In this document: positions 55,655-64,000 of the stretch, one piece after another
Layout of the letters: each line of letters starts with the position of its first letter
Numbering within the stretch: the first letter of the stretch is position 1
IMG/VR virus record: IMGVR_UViG_3300042907_001080
Location: 217,659-281,658 of that record
DNA: 64,000 nt
Reading direction: 5' to 3' (one strand)
Translations under genes and position numbers: made by a program
The notes under the pieces: generated by a model
What the model saw: the letters and a program-made list of their open reading frames with translations, nothing else
The model's database searches: none
Told to the model about the DNA's origin: nothing

Positions 55655-56230
55655 TTATTCTAAAATATGATCAGCTATGCCTAGGTCCAACACTTCCTGT
55701 GCTGTGAGATAGACATCTGATGGTGGCAGTAATTTTTTCTTGATCACCGATGGAGCAAGCCCAGTGGCTTCTTTAAGAATATTGATCATCTTATCATTGC
55801 AGATATCATTTTCCTTCATGGTGGCTTTCAGATCATGATATTTGTTTTCCATGTTTTCGGAAAATTGGTGACACATGAAACTGGTGTTTTTGGCAGCATA
55901 TCTTTGTCCTTGATCTGCGGCAGCAAAAATTAAAAAAGCAGCACTCATCACTGAGCCTATGCCAACACAACGTACAATATGAGGGCTGGCTCTCATGATA
56001 TCTATCAGCCCAAAGGCCTGGTAGAGATCACCGCCTGTAGAGTTGATATACAAAGTAAGGATTTTCTCTTTGCTGACATCGAGATTTTCGCAGATCAGCC
56101 ACTTTACTGCAGGACCAATACTGTCTTCATCAATTTCGCCGTTGAGGAAATATGTGTTGTTTTCCAACAGTTTGAGATCAATCCGATCCTCGGCATTAAA
56201 ATCTTCCAGTTTTCTCACTTTTTGCTCCAT
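55655..56230 (-). CDS. clpP: ClpP-like serine protease
   Basis: LYINSTGG, SVMSAA (Ser), FMCHQ (His), DVYLTAQE..LGI.D (Asp). Confidence 0.88.
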   Translation of the reverse strand: MEQKVRKLEDFNAEDRIDLKLLENNTYFLNGEIDEDSIGPAVKWLICENLDVSKEKILTLYINSTGGDLYQAFGLIDIMRASPHIVRCVGIGSVMSAAFLIFAAADQGQRYAAKNTSFMCHQFSENMENKYHDLKATMKENDICNDKMINILKEATGLAPSVIKKKLLPPSDVYLTAQEVLDLGIADHILE

Positions 56231-56275
56231 GATATACTCTTACTTATGCTTTATAATATTATACTTTAATTACAA

Positions 56276-56659
56276 TCACAAACCAAAGAATATCCACCAA
56301 ATCAGCATGATATAGGTGAGTTGGTGTGCCAATTGATCAGCACCAAACCATACCCAAAAAGCACGATCTTGTGGTGTCAGCTTGGCGTGAGCATTGATCT
56401 TGGTTTTGGCCCAATCTATGTGATAGTGCAGTAGAAAATCAAAAAATGCAGCTACCAGCCCGATGATTGGGTGCAACCATACAAATGCCAATAGTGTACC
56501 AGCACTGTGCCAAAGACTGTGATATATGCCATGCCTGGCACCGTAGATGCCTTTTTCATGAATCATGCGGGGAGTCTGCAAGACAAAGTCTGCTAGAAAA
56601 TGTTTGATCTGCAGAACTACAAATACCAGCAGTAGTGTGTCTAGGTCTGAGAGTGCCAT
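56276..56659 (-). CDS. DUF3307-like membrane protein
   Basis: KHFLADFVLQ, HSLWH, HYHIDW.K, DQLAH. Confidence 0.8.
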   Translation of the reverse strand: MALSDLDTLLLVFVVLQIKHFLADFVLQTPRMIHEKGIYGARHGIYHSLWHSAGTLLAFVWLHPIIGLVAAFFDFLLHYHIDWAKTKINAHAKLTPQDRAFWVWFGADQLAHQLTYIMLIWWIFFGL

Positions 56660-56910
56660 TTACCTTCGCTCCAGTGTCTTGAATCGTAGATGTTAAAATC
56701 CACATTGATTCCAAGCAGTCCTAGACACAGTCGCATACCGCTATGGCTTTGTCTTGTGGTAATATCAACGGCAATATCAACAACGTCTGCACTGAAGTAT
56801 ACCTGCAGTTCCCAGAACTTGAAAGGCATTGGCAATGATCCGACCCAACATCGAATATTACGAAATCGATTTACTCCAGGTAATCGGATATTGAAATTAA
56901 AATTAATCAT
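56641..56910 (-). CDS. Hypothetical protein
   Basis: 89 aa in coupled operon. Confidence 0.65.
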   Translation of the reverse strand: MINFNFNIRLPGVNRFRNIRCWVGSLPMPFKFWELQVYFSADVVDIAVDITTRQSHSGMRLCLGLLGINVDFNIYDSRHWSEGKWHSQT

Positions 56911-57092
56911 TCCGGCAATGATCTAAATCTGCTCAAAAAACTTTCCTCGTAACAACTGTATTCACGATTGTTATCTTCGGGTGCATTTTCTTTGATATAA
57001 TGAACCCAAGTGTGATCTTCAATTTCGATTACATGAATCACTCGAAATATATGATCCCCGTTACTCACCCATTTAGATCCTTGTTTAATCAT
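56907..57092 (-). CDS. Hypothetical protein
   Basis: 61 aa; YSCYEESFLSRF. Confidence 0.65.
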   Translation of the reverse strand: MIKQGSKWVSNGDHIFRVIHVIEIEDHTWVHYIKENAPEDNNREYSCYEESFLSRFRSLPE

Positions 57093-57100
57093 ACGCTCTC

Positions 57101-57508
57101 CTATTGTTTAAAAACCTCTACGGCTTCATTATCGACATTCTCTACCATATGTAGCATAAATCTGTAGGCATCCCAGGCAGACTTGACTGAATGATTTTCA
57201 CTGAGCTCTGTAGGAAACATGTCTACCCACACTGAGTTTTCAGGTTGGCGATGACGATGCAGTCCTTGTCTACGAGGCTGTAGTATTTTATTTGTGCTCC
57301 ACAGTTCTAGAGCCACTGCTTGACACTTGCTCTCGTCAAGACCGTAAAGATAATCGTCATTGCGATGCATGTATTGTTCGATGACGTTGGCCAACTGCGG
57401 TTCATCATGTATAGAAGTGGCAGCAATGATAAATGCCACATCGTCGATGTCAACCGATCCCTTAACAATATCACGGACGCAACGTCCTAGGCTAAATCCC
57501 ATTTTCAT
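57101..57508 (-). CDS. Hypothetical protein
   Basis: 135 aa in coupled operon. Confidence 0.7.
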   Translation of the reverse strand: MKMGFSLGRCVRDIVKGSVDIDDVAFIIAATSIHDEPQLANVIEQYMHRNDDYLYGLDESKCQAVALELWSTNKILQPRRQGLHRHRQPENSVWVDMFPTELSENHSVKSAWDAYRFMLHMVENVDNEAVEVFKQ

Positions 57509-57759
57509 TTTATTTCGTCCGATGTTTCAATAAAGTCGTTGATGATTAGATTGAGAGCTTCAATCCTGCGTATATTACCTGTGACATCTTCTGGATGCAA
57601 CCAATAACCATCTGGATTATCTTCTGTCTTGGGATTCTTCTTCCATTCAGCTAATTCTTTTTTCAAATAAGCACGATAGTCTTTGAGATTAAGACTGGTA
57701 ATTCGATCGGCAGTTTCGCCATCAATCCATTGATACTCTTTGTGTTTTTTTTTGCTCAT
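57505..57759 (-). CDS. Hypothetical protein
   Basis: 84 aa, ATGA overlaps. Confidence 0.7.
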   Translation of the reverse strand: MSKKKHKEYQWIDGETADRITSLNLKDYRAYLKKELAEWKKNPKTEDNPDGYWLHPEDVTGNIRRIEALNLIINDFIETSDEIK

Positions 57760-57980
57760 ACAACTTTACCTAATCCCATCCAGATAAGTTGATCTAATTC
57801 CGTTTGATAATCTTGTCCCAATCTACGCTTTTCATAGATTACCCGCAGAATTTCTTTGCCATCACCGAACTCAGATTCGACTCCCGCACCACGGCTTTCT
57901 AGTTCTTCAACAAGATCTTCAGTGTCAAATTCTGAGAGATCAACATCGACTTCAACACTGGTATAAATTGTTTTATACAT
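57756..57980 (-). CDS. Hypothetical acidic protein
   Basis: 74 aa. Confidence 0.7.
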   Translation of the reverse strand: MYKTIYTSVEVDVDLSEFDTEDLVEELESRGAGVESEFGDGKEILRVIYEKRRLGQDYQTELDQLIWMGLGKVV

Positions 57981-58398
57981 GTTCTTCCTTATTGCTATCT
58001 AGGTGTTCGGGTTTGGTGTGTGCATCACAGGCAGTATAAATCCAGCCGCTCCCTCGGCGCTCGCCAGGATTACCACATTCTTCACAAGTGACACCGCTCA
58101 TGCTTTCGGCCATACGCACCATGCCACGGATGTGTTCGTCGCCGCCTGTATAGTAGAATCGCAATGTGCCAAACTTTTCTTTAACTTGATCTAAGGTTAC
58201 TTGCGGAACATCTTCACCCTTTGTCTTTCGCCAATCGATGTGATGCTGAATATTGCCCATAAGTTGATTAAGAATATTATACCAACCGTCACCGCATTCA
58301 AAGCCCCAACACATACAAGTCTCAGTCACTGCTCCGTGGCGGTTGACCATTATCTTTGAATACTTCTCGCACAACAGTGCGTCTAGTTCTTGTCTCAT
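57973..58398 (-). CDS. Hypothetical protein with C-terminal zinc ribbon
   Basis: QVKEKFGTLRFY and CEECG..C..H. Confidence 0.75.
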   Translation of the reverse strand: MRQELDALLCEKYSKIMVNRHGAVTETCMCWGFECGDGWYNILNQLMGNIQHHIDWRKTKGEDVPQVTLDQVKEKFGTLRFYYTGGDEHIRGMVRMAESMSGVTCEECGNPGERRGSGWIYTACDAHTKPEHLDSNKEEHV

Positions 58399-58427
58399 CT
58401 CAGTGGCTCCTAGGTTTTACATAACAT

Positions 58428-58456
58428 AGTATAACATCATTTAGCGTAGATGTCAA
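58428..58456 (-). promoter_or_regulatory. sigma70 promoter
   Basis: TTGACA-N17-TATACT. Confidence 0.8.
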
Positions 58457-58710
58457 GCCCACTTCATGGCAAACATAGTGGCATCTTGTTCGTTTTGAAA
58501 ATACCATGCTCGCCCATTTGGATCGCTGAGATCACGAAACTTGCTTTGACAGTTTTCAAGACACCATGTAAGTTTCTCTGAAAAGTCATCGTCTTTGAGT
58601 ACGATAGCATGATAGGTGTCCAATAACTGCATCAATCTTTGATCAACCTTGAGATGCTCTTCTGCTCTCTGAGCTCTTAGAATGGTAGGAGTTGGATTTG
58701 GGTCTATCAC
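58453..58710 (-). CDS. Small paralog-family protein
   Basis: WCLENC..WYFQNEQDATMFAMKW. Confidence 0.7.
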   Translation of the reverse strand: MIDPNPTPTILRAQRAEEHLKVDQRLMQLLDTYHAIVLKDDDFSEKLTWCLENCQSKFRDLSDPNGRAWYFQNEQDATMFAMKWA

Positions 58711-59063
58711 TTGCCGTGCCTCAACATGTATTCGGTGAGTCTAGCACCTGACAGTTTGGCTCGCACCTCGAATCGATAGCCATACTGCATTTGATCTGGA
58801 ATTCTATACCAACAGGGAGTTTCTACTGCGTGAGTCATGATCCATTGGCCTTCTTCACTTTGTTGCCATTGCCAAAGTGGTTCTGCAGCATATAGATCGG
58901 GATCGTCTACATCCCCCATGGTAAACTCATGTACCACTACCTCTCGAACTTCTTCTACTCGATCGTTGATCGTCATATATCTATATGCGTGTCCTTTGGG
59001 GCTAGGACCCATGTAACCGCGAGCAGGTTCAAATTGATAACCTTTGATTTTTGTTACTGCCAT
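58707..59063 (-). CDS. Hypothetical protein
   Basis: 118 aa; DVDDPDLYAAEPLWQW. Confidence 0.7.
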   Translation of the reverse strand: MAVTKIKGYQFEPARGYMGPSPKGHAYRYMTINDRVEEVREVVVHEFTMGDVDDPDLYAAEPLWQWQQSEEGQWIMTHAVETPCWYRIPDQMQYGYRFEVRAKLSGARLTEYMLRHGK

Positions 59064-59314
59064 CTTAGAGTAAAATTCACAGCATCTACCTCAGATTCAA
59101 AGATAAAGTCTGCGCCGTTGCGTTCAAAGGGATTTTTACAATTTGCTTCTAACCAATATGTGATATCGACGGCATGATTGTTGTCTGTTAATCTATCTAA
59201 CATGACTCTGCGCCATCCCATGCCTACAAGCATACCCCAGAGTATTTCTCGATCTATTTCACTTTGCATCTTCGTGCCAAGTTCATCTAAGATTTCCTGT
59301 TCTAGATTTTTCAT
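59054..59314 (-). CDS. Small paralog-family protein
   Basis: WLEANC..FIFESEVDAVNFTLRW. Confidence 0.7.
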   Translation of the reverse strand: MKNLEQEILDELGTKMQSEIDREILWGMLVGMGWRRVMLDRLTDNNHAVDITYWLEANCKNPFERNGADFIFESEVDAVNFTLRWQ

Positions 59315-59553
59315 ACGTTACCCCTACCACCAAATTTCAACATAAACATCATGGCATCGTAGTCATCTGTGAACTGAAAATACAATGCATGATAATGTTC
59401 TTCACGCCATAGGTCTTTGCAGTTGTTGATACACCATGTGGCCATTTCTTCAATTTGATTACGTGTGATATTATCAAAGTTCACACGATAGGGATAAACT
59501 GTTCTAACTCGGGTAGTTAGAATCTCACCGAGTGTGACTACAGGTTTGCTCAT
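59311..59553 (-). CDS. Small paralog-family protein
   Basis: WCINNC..FQFTDDYDAMMFMLKF. Confidence 0.7.
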   Translation of the reverse strand: MSKPVVTLGEILTTRVRTVYPYRVNFDNITRNQIEEMATWCINNCKDLWREEHYHALYFQFTDDYDAMMFMLKFGGRGNV

Positions 59554-59879
59554 TTCCAAGTACGGTGATCTTCAGCCACCCATTCTACTCCGTCATACTC
59601 ACCAATGTGCCACAACACATCGCCGGGTATTTCTACTATCTTGAGTTTGGCATGTCCGCCGCTAGCAGCAGAACCGAGTTCTTTGACTACCTTGACCAGA
59701 TAGGGATCGTCTCTAGCCACATCACGATCATACCAACCTGGATCTGTAATACCGGCCAACTGCTTGTATTGTTCACGAGCAAGATCACTAAGGCCGAATC
59801 CGCCATAGCAGTCGTTGATTACAACATGTCGAACACCAGTCTTTAGATCTTGCATGAACTTCTGCGACTCTGTAGTCAT
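59550..59879 (-). CDS. Hypothetical phage protein
   Basis: VVINDCYGGFGLS..RDDPYLV.VV..EYDG.EWV.E.H. Confidence 0.75.
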   Translation of the reverse strand: MTTESQKFMQDLKTGVRHVVINDCYGGFGLSDLAREQYKQLAGITDPGWYDRDVARDDPYLVKVVKELGSAASGGHAKLKIVEIPGDVLWHIGEYDGVEWVAEDHRTWK

Positions 59880-60445
59880 TATCTATCTTTCTTTTTCTTC
59901 TTCTTTTTCTTTTCTACGGAAAACGGAATATCGTTCAACATACGGTGTTGATCAATTGCTTCCTGTAGTGCGATCTCTACAAGCTCGTTGAATGTGATAT
60001 CACGATCGTGTGCAATCTTCATATACTCCAACAATTCTGCATCATCGAAGTTCACTTCAATTTGCACACGAGTGTCGTAGTCTTCACCTTCTCGAATCGC
60101 TAGCCCTTTCTGGAAGAAATCATCGTCTACATCCAAATCGACGTAGTTAACATCGTCCCAAGCCTGATTTTCTAACACACCCCGATCTTTTGATTCGCGA
60201 TCGTGGGCAGATTTAAATTCCGGATTGATCAAACGATATGCACGATTGTGAACATAGTCGTGTGCCTGCACTTCGTAGACAGTCTGTGTCTTGGTGTCAA
60301 AGACAATGCTGAAACTATGACCTTCATGGTCACCATTCCACGAGTCTAGTGTGTAGGCATTGTCACCATAACACTTCCAGCAGTAGTTACTGCCTTCAGT
60401 GATGCGATAGTCTACCAGTTCCATCCATTCTTTAAGCGTGATCAT
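59879..60445 (-). CDS. Hypothetical protein, possible C-terminal ribbon-helix-helix
   Basis: 188 aa; AHDRDITFNELVEIAL; poly-Lys tail. Confidence 0.7.
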   Translation of the reverse strand: MITLKEWMELVDYRITEGSNYCWKCYGDNAYTLDSWNGDHEGHSFSIVFDTKTQTVYEVQAHDYVHNRAYRLINPEFKSAHDRESKDRGVLENQAWDDVNYVDLDVDDDFFQKGLAIREGEDYDTRVQIEVNFDDAELLEYMKIAHDRDITFNELVEIALQEAIDQHRMLNDIPFSVEKKKKKKKKDR

Positions 60446-60470
60446 AATAATCCTTTCATTAAGATGCTAT

Positions 60471-60499
60471 AGTATAGCACACATCCGTTTAATTGTCAA
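60471..60499 (-). promoter_or_regulatory. sigma70 promoter
   Basis: TTGACA-N17-TATACT. Confidence 0.8.
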
Positions 60500-60953
60500 G
60501 ATCTTGTTTGGTTAATTTGCACATCAACATAAAATGATCGTAGGCTTTACGAACACTTTCATGCTTCATTAATTTGTCAGCTTCTGCTTGCATGGCCTTT
60601 ACTCCAGCTTCTGCAGCATCTCTAGCACTACCATGAGTAAACATAAAGCGCATGTCATCGGGTAGAACTTTGATAACTTCCTGCCAACGTTTTTGAGTTT
60701 GTTCGTCTATTTCACGATTCATAGGACGTAGATCTGTAGCTTCTCTTATTTTATTAGAGATAGCATCTTCTGCCACACGACCTGCCGCAATCATAGCCGC
60801 ATATGCAGGGTCAATGTTAAATCTACGTGAGGTGCCGCCGGGATAACTCATAACCAAATGATTGCCTTTGGGAAAACTGTCTAGCAGATCGTTGTCGTAT
60901 TCTGCCACAGGCACATACCTGCGCCCACGTTTTTCGTAATAGATTTTTTTCAT
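60489..60953 (-). CDS. Hypothetical protein
   Basis: 154 aa, ATGA overlap. Confidence 0.75.
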   Translation of the reverse strand: MKKIYYEKRGRRYVPVAEYDNDLLDSFPKGNHLVMSYPGGTSRRFNIDPAYAAMIAAGRVAEDAISNKIREATDLRPMNREIDEQTQKRWQEVIKVLPDDMRFMFTHGSARDAAEAGVKAMQAEADKLMKHESVRKAYDHFMLMCKLTKQDLDN

Positions 60954-61744
60954 ACTTCAACAACTTTCGTCGGATCCCATCCAGTATCTTCGTAGTTATC
61001 ATATCCACGGGGGTTACAGATAACACGGCATTCGCCTATGACATAATCAAATGGATGATGAGTATGTCCGTGCGTCCACAATTTGATCTGCGGATTGTCT
61101 AACATTATATTTGTTAGATCGCTGTGATACGCACCGTTCATGATATATTCTGACTTGTATTGTTCGTGAACACTTTGAAAGCTGGGACTATGATGTCCAA
61201 CAACCACACACTTCTTATCTTTGTGTTCTGCAACAATCTGTTTGATATAGTCAACGGTTTGTCTATGCCGTTCTACAGTGTCAGCAGGTTTCAATTTACG
61301 ATACCCTGCCTGATCATTTACAGTTGCTCGATAGTCCATCATCATATCTCTAACAGCATGTAGCGTTAGAGGATCAAACTTATTCATGTCAGTCCAAAGT
61401 GTGCCACCTACAAAAACTACGTCGTCAATAATTTTGGTATCACGCTCTAAGAAATACACGTTATCAAACTGCGCACAAGCTGTCCGAAGTTCATCGATGC
61501 CTTGAAAGAATTTACCGTCAATGTAGAATTCGTGATTACCTGCAATATAAATCACATGAGGAAACTGGAAACTGCATCGTTGTAGAAAGTCACGGAACCG
61601 AATGCCGTATTCGCTTTCCAGCTTATTGACTTTTGACGCTACCATGATATCACCAGAAAGAATCAACACATCGGCGTTGTTTTCATTCTTGATCAAAATG
61701 TCTGCAAATTCGAGATGTAGATCGGATACAATCTGTATACGCAT
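60950..61744 (-). CDS. Calcineurin-like metallophosphoesterase
   Basis: SDLHLE, SGDI, AGNHEFY, HHSP, HGHTH, NPRGY. Confidence 0.9.
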   Translation of the reverse strand: MRIQIVSDLHLEFADILIKNENNADVLILSGDIMVASKVNKLESEYGIRFRDFLQRCSFQFPHVIYIAGNHEFYIDGKFFQGIDELRTACAQFDNVYFLERDTKIIDDVVFVGGTLWTDMNKFDPLTLHAVRDMMMDYRATVNDQAGYRKLKPADTVERHRQTVDYIKQIVAEHKDKKCVVVGHHSPSFQSVHEQYKSEYIMNGAYHSDLTNIMLDNPQIKLWTHGHTHHPFDYVIGECRVICNPRGYDNYEDTGWDPTKVVEV

Positions 61745-61771
61745 TTTTGCCTTTATTAGAAATATACACAT

Positions 61772-61800
61772 ATTATAGCATCACTTTAAAAATCTGTCAA
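61772..61800 (-). promoter_or_regulatory. sigma70 consensus promoter
   Basis: TTGACA-N17-TATAAT. Confidence 0.85.
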
Positions 61801-61840
61801 TTGGTTAAATACTCATATTACACAACCCGGGAGCGAAACA

Positions 61841-62122
61841 ATGGGCGATATTTTCAAGATTATAGGCGATCTGGGCATGCCAGTAGCCGCAGCACTAGCA
61901 GGTGGGTATTTTGTATACTTAACCATTAAACTATTGCTACAGGGCGTATTAGGCTCTATCAAAGGTATGGCGGGCATTATCACAGCCCTAGACAATCGTG
62001 TAAAAACCATGAATCACGATGTTGTCCGTATCGACACCATTGTTTCAAACGCACTAGGACTACGTCCTGACGTAGACCGTATTGCACGAGCAGACGGCAA
62101 AAACGATGCGAGACGTGATTAA
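61841..62122 (+). CDS. Small membrane protein (paralog of 62621-63001)
   Basis: N-terminal TM then ALDNRVKTMNHDVVRID; GGAG SD; TAAATA upstream. Confidence 0.75.
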   Translation: MGDIFKIIGDLGMPVAAALAGGYFVYLTIKLLLQGVLGSIKGMAGIITALDNRVKTMNHDVVRIDTIVSNALGLRPDVDRIARADGKNDARRD

Positions 62123-62316
62123 TGCAATACATTGACTACACGTGGGACTTAGAGCCTAATAGGATTAAGTTTGACCCTGAGTTGAATATAGACAAACTAG
62201 GATGGCGACACGGCGACTGTTTTAAAATAGTCAATGTTGACGGACAAGCTATGTTAGTTAAATTAGATCCAGTAGAACAGTTTGTAAGAGGGTATAAGGT
62301 GAATAGTGATGAGTAA
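62122..62316 (+). CDS. Hypothetical protein
   Basis: 64 aa, coupled to the previous gene. Confidence 0.65.
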   Translation: MQYIDYTWDLEPNRIKFDPELNIDKLGWRHGDCFKIVNVDGQAMLVKLDPVEQFVRGYKVNSDE

Positions 62317-62455
62317 ATTCCAAACATGGTATGACAGTTTACCTGAGCATACTAAAACTTATTTAAAAAGCCAACCAGTATGGCACGATAGGGACATGTG
62401 GAAAGCAGGACTGCTTGGGCTTAGTATAGGATTAATTTTAGGTTTAGCGTTTTAA
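62309..62455 (+). CDS. Small membrane protein (48 aa)
   Basis: Not in track: MSKFQTWYDSLPEH...GLLGLSIGLILGLAF. Confidence 0.55.
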   Translation: MSKFQTWYDSLPEHTKTYLKSQPVWHDRDMWKAGLLGLSIGLILGLAF

Positions 62456-62482
62456 GTATCAATCAACAAATAGGAGCGAACT

Positions 62483-62617
62483 ATGTTGTTTGAAGCATTT
62501 CTAGTATTTTGGATGCTAGAGGTTTTAGTATTAGTATCTGTAGCAGTTTGGTATTATCATAAACCTAAAGTTCAAGAAAAGAAAATACACGATCCCTGGG
62601 GATTCTGGAAGGAGTAA
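62483..62617 (+). CDS. Small membrane protein (44 aa)
   Basis: Not in track: MLFEAFLVFWMLEVLVLVSVAVWYY...DPWGFWKE; AGGAG SD. Confidence 0.6.
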   Translation: MLFEAFLVFWMLEVLVLVSVAVWYYHKPKVQEKKIHDPWGFWKE

Positions 62618-62620
62618 TAT

Positions 62621-63001
62621 ATGGATGTAGTAGAGTTAGTCAACAAATATGGTTTTCCCATTGTCATGGCAGTTGGCATGGGGTTCATTATCAAATATGT
62701 TTGGGAATGGGCCACCAAAGAAGTTAAACCTGTTATCTCAGACGCTAATACTGTTCTTATTGCCCTTATTGATCGTATCCGTATGTTGGACAACGATTTA
62801 ATCAGACTCAATCAAAAGGTCAATACAGTTTTACATCTACGTGGCAAGATGATTGAAAGCGATCGCGTTATGGAAACAGCACTGGTAGAAGCACAGGCCA
62901 ACAAGAAGTTTCACGATGCAATGGATGAGGCAGATAAGATCAATGCTAAGCCAAAAATTGATCCATCAGATAAAAAAGAGGCGGCAGGAGGCAGCTCTTA
63001 A
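62621..63001 (+). CDS. Small membrane protein
   Basis: YGFPIVMAVGMGF TM; ALIDRIRMLDNDLIRL. Confidence 0.75.
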   Translation: MDVVELVNKYGFPIVMAVGMGFIIKYVWEWATKEVKPVISDANTVLIALIDRIRMLDNDLIRLNQKVNTVLHLRGKMIESDRVMETALVEAQANKKFHDAMDEADKINAKPKIDPSDKKEAAGGSS

Positions 63002-63025
63002 AGTATTTTAGTAGGAGGAGCGATT

Positions 63026-63184
63026 ATGATAAATGCAGTTGCCTCGTTATTACTAGCAGGCATGTTATCAAACGAGCCTCGGTGTGTTAAATGGACATGG
63101 TCAGGCGATGTTTATAATCGTCGAGTTGTATGCGTAGAATGGTCTAAGCCTCCACCTAAAGATAAGGCGCCTAAGAAAGCATGA
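63026..63184 (+). CDS. Small secreted-like protein (52 aa)
   Basis: Not in track: MINAVASLLLAGML..RCVKWTW...VCVEW; GGAGG SD. Confidence 0.55.
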   Translation: MINAVASLLLAGMLSNEPRCVKWTWSGDVYNRRVVCVEWSKPPPKDKAPKKA

Positions 63185-63663
63185 TTGATCCCATCACACT
63201 TGGTATTGCTTTTACAGCCGCACAGCAGTCAGTGGGCTATATCAAAAAAGCCATTGCTCTAGGCAAAGATGTCAACAGCCTCTACGGACAGTTTGCCAAG
63301 TTCTTTGAAAACAGTGACACAATTCATGGTGCTAATGTGGCAGCACAAAACAGCAAAAGTATTCTCACTGACGGTCAGATTAGATCAATGTCTATACAGA
63401 TTGCCATGCAAAGCAAAGCCCTGCGTGATGCTGAGAAACAACTGAAAGAATTATTGATATACTCTGGGAACAGTGATGTGTGGGATCAGATGATGGCCGA
63501 ACGTGTGCGTATGTATAAAGAACGTGCTAAGTTACAAGCAGACTTGACAAACGCTAGGATAAAAGCCAAAGCAGATTTAATAGATAGGGCCTTAATTTTT
63601 ATAAGTTTTTCAGCACTAGCAATACCAGCATTTGCCTTTAGTTTTGCTATACTTGTTCGTTAA
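63181..63663 (+). CDS. Hypothetical protein with C-terminal TM
   Basis: MIDPIT..; coiled coil; hydrophobic C-terminus. Confidence 0.75.
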   Translation: MIDPITLGIAFTAAQQSVGYIKKAIALGKDVNSLYGQFAKFFENSDTIHGANVAAQNSKSILTDGQIRSMSIQIAMQSKALRDAEKQLKELLIYSGNSDVWDQMMAERVRMYKERAKLQADLTNARIKAKADLIDRALIFISFSALAIPAFAFSFAILVR

Positions 63664-64000
63664 TTAATTGTAGAAATAAATTCCGCTTCTGGAATACGGG
63701 TATGCGTGTTTTTACTACCCAAAACTACAACAATCTTTCTTCCAACGTCAGTGTCCATCATCAAAACTATGCAACCGCCCGATGCATTAATAAACCCAGT
63801 TTTACTGACTACAAAATCGTGACGCTTGCCTATGATAGGATTGGTGTTTCGAAACACCAGCCATTTCTTTTTAATTTTTATTTTAATATTACTAGTGCGT
63901 GAAGCCAGTATTATTTCTGGATATTTTGCAGCTTCGATAACAATCTTAACTAATTCTTCAGCAGTACTAACATTCATTACACTAAGTCCGCTAGCTTCGA
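63660..64000 (-). CDS. D-alanyl-D-alanine peptidase (peptidase S11, PBP7/DacA-like), C-terminal part
   Basis: Frame open to window end: EASGLS..NVSTAEEL, FRNTN, SKTGFINASGGC (KTG motif). Confidence 0.8.
   Translation of the reverse strand, partial: EASGLSVMNVSTAEELVKIVIEAAKYPEIILASRTSNIKIKIKKKWLVFRNTNPIIGKRHDFVVSKTGFINASGGCIVLMMDTDVGRKIVVVLGSKNTHTRIPEAEFISTIN

Overview
This is a 64-kb segment of a large lytic tailed-phage genome. It has T4-like organisation, standard genetic code and no integrase, CRISPR array or IS element; the host is probably a Gram-negative proteobacterium (inferred from kdsA, rpoZ and a PBP7/DacA-type peptidase). Layout: (1) 1-12.5 kb, mostly minus strand: Fe/Mn SOD (partial), UvsE, two glycosyltransferase-like genes around kdsA, queD behind a preQ1-I-like riboswitch candidate, two paralogous fibre-like proteins, thyX, an Hc1-like histone protein and an aberrant tRNA-like RNA. 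(2) 12.5-44.9 kb: a ~32-kb tailoring-enzyme island with 13 radical SAM proteins (one B12-dependent), ~9 Fe(II)/2OG-type oxygenases, an amidinotransferase, a PLP enzyme, a QueC-like ATPase, SDRs, an NDP-sugar epimerase, kinase-like and GT-like genes. It is organised in blocks that start at TAAATA-N5-ATG (apparently leaderless, late-type) promoters and ends against an Mtd-like tail fibre gene. (3) 46.4-55.3 kb: a host-takeover and translation region with IF-1, RpoZ, 28 CCA-encoding tRNAs covering all 20 amino acids and several unexplained structured RNAs. (4) 55.4-64 kb: ClpP, small early genes, a metallophosphoesterase, small membrane proteins and a partial S11 D,D-peptidase. The most striking observation is at the head of the tRNA operon. 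A perfect sigma70 promoter is followed by an unannotated 47-codon leader ORF (55027-55170, minus) that contains all 20 amino acids within its first 37 codons. Its last codons form an antiterminator that is mutually exclusive with an intrinsic terminator. This looks like a ribosome-stalling attenuator that would switch on the phage tRNA set when any tRNA becomes limiting. All calls come from reading motifs by eye; no database searches were run.
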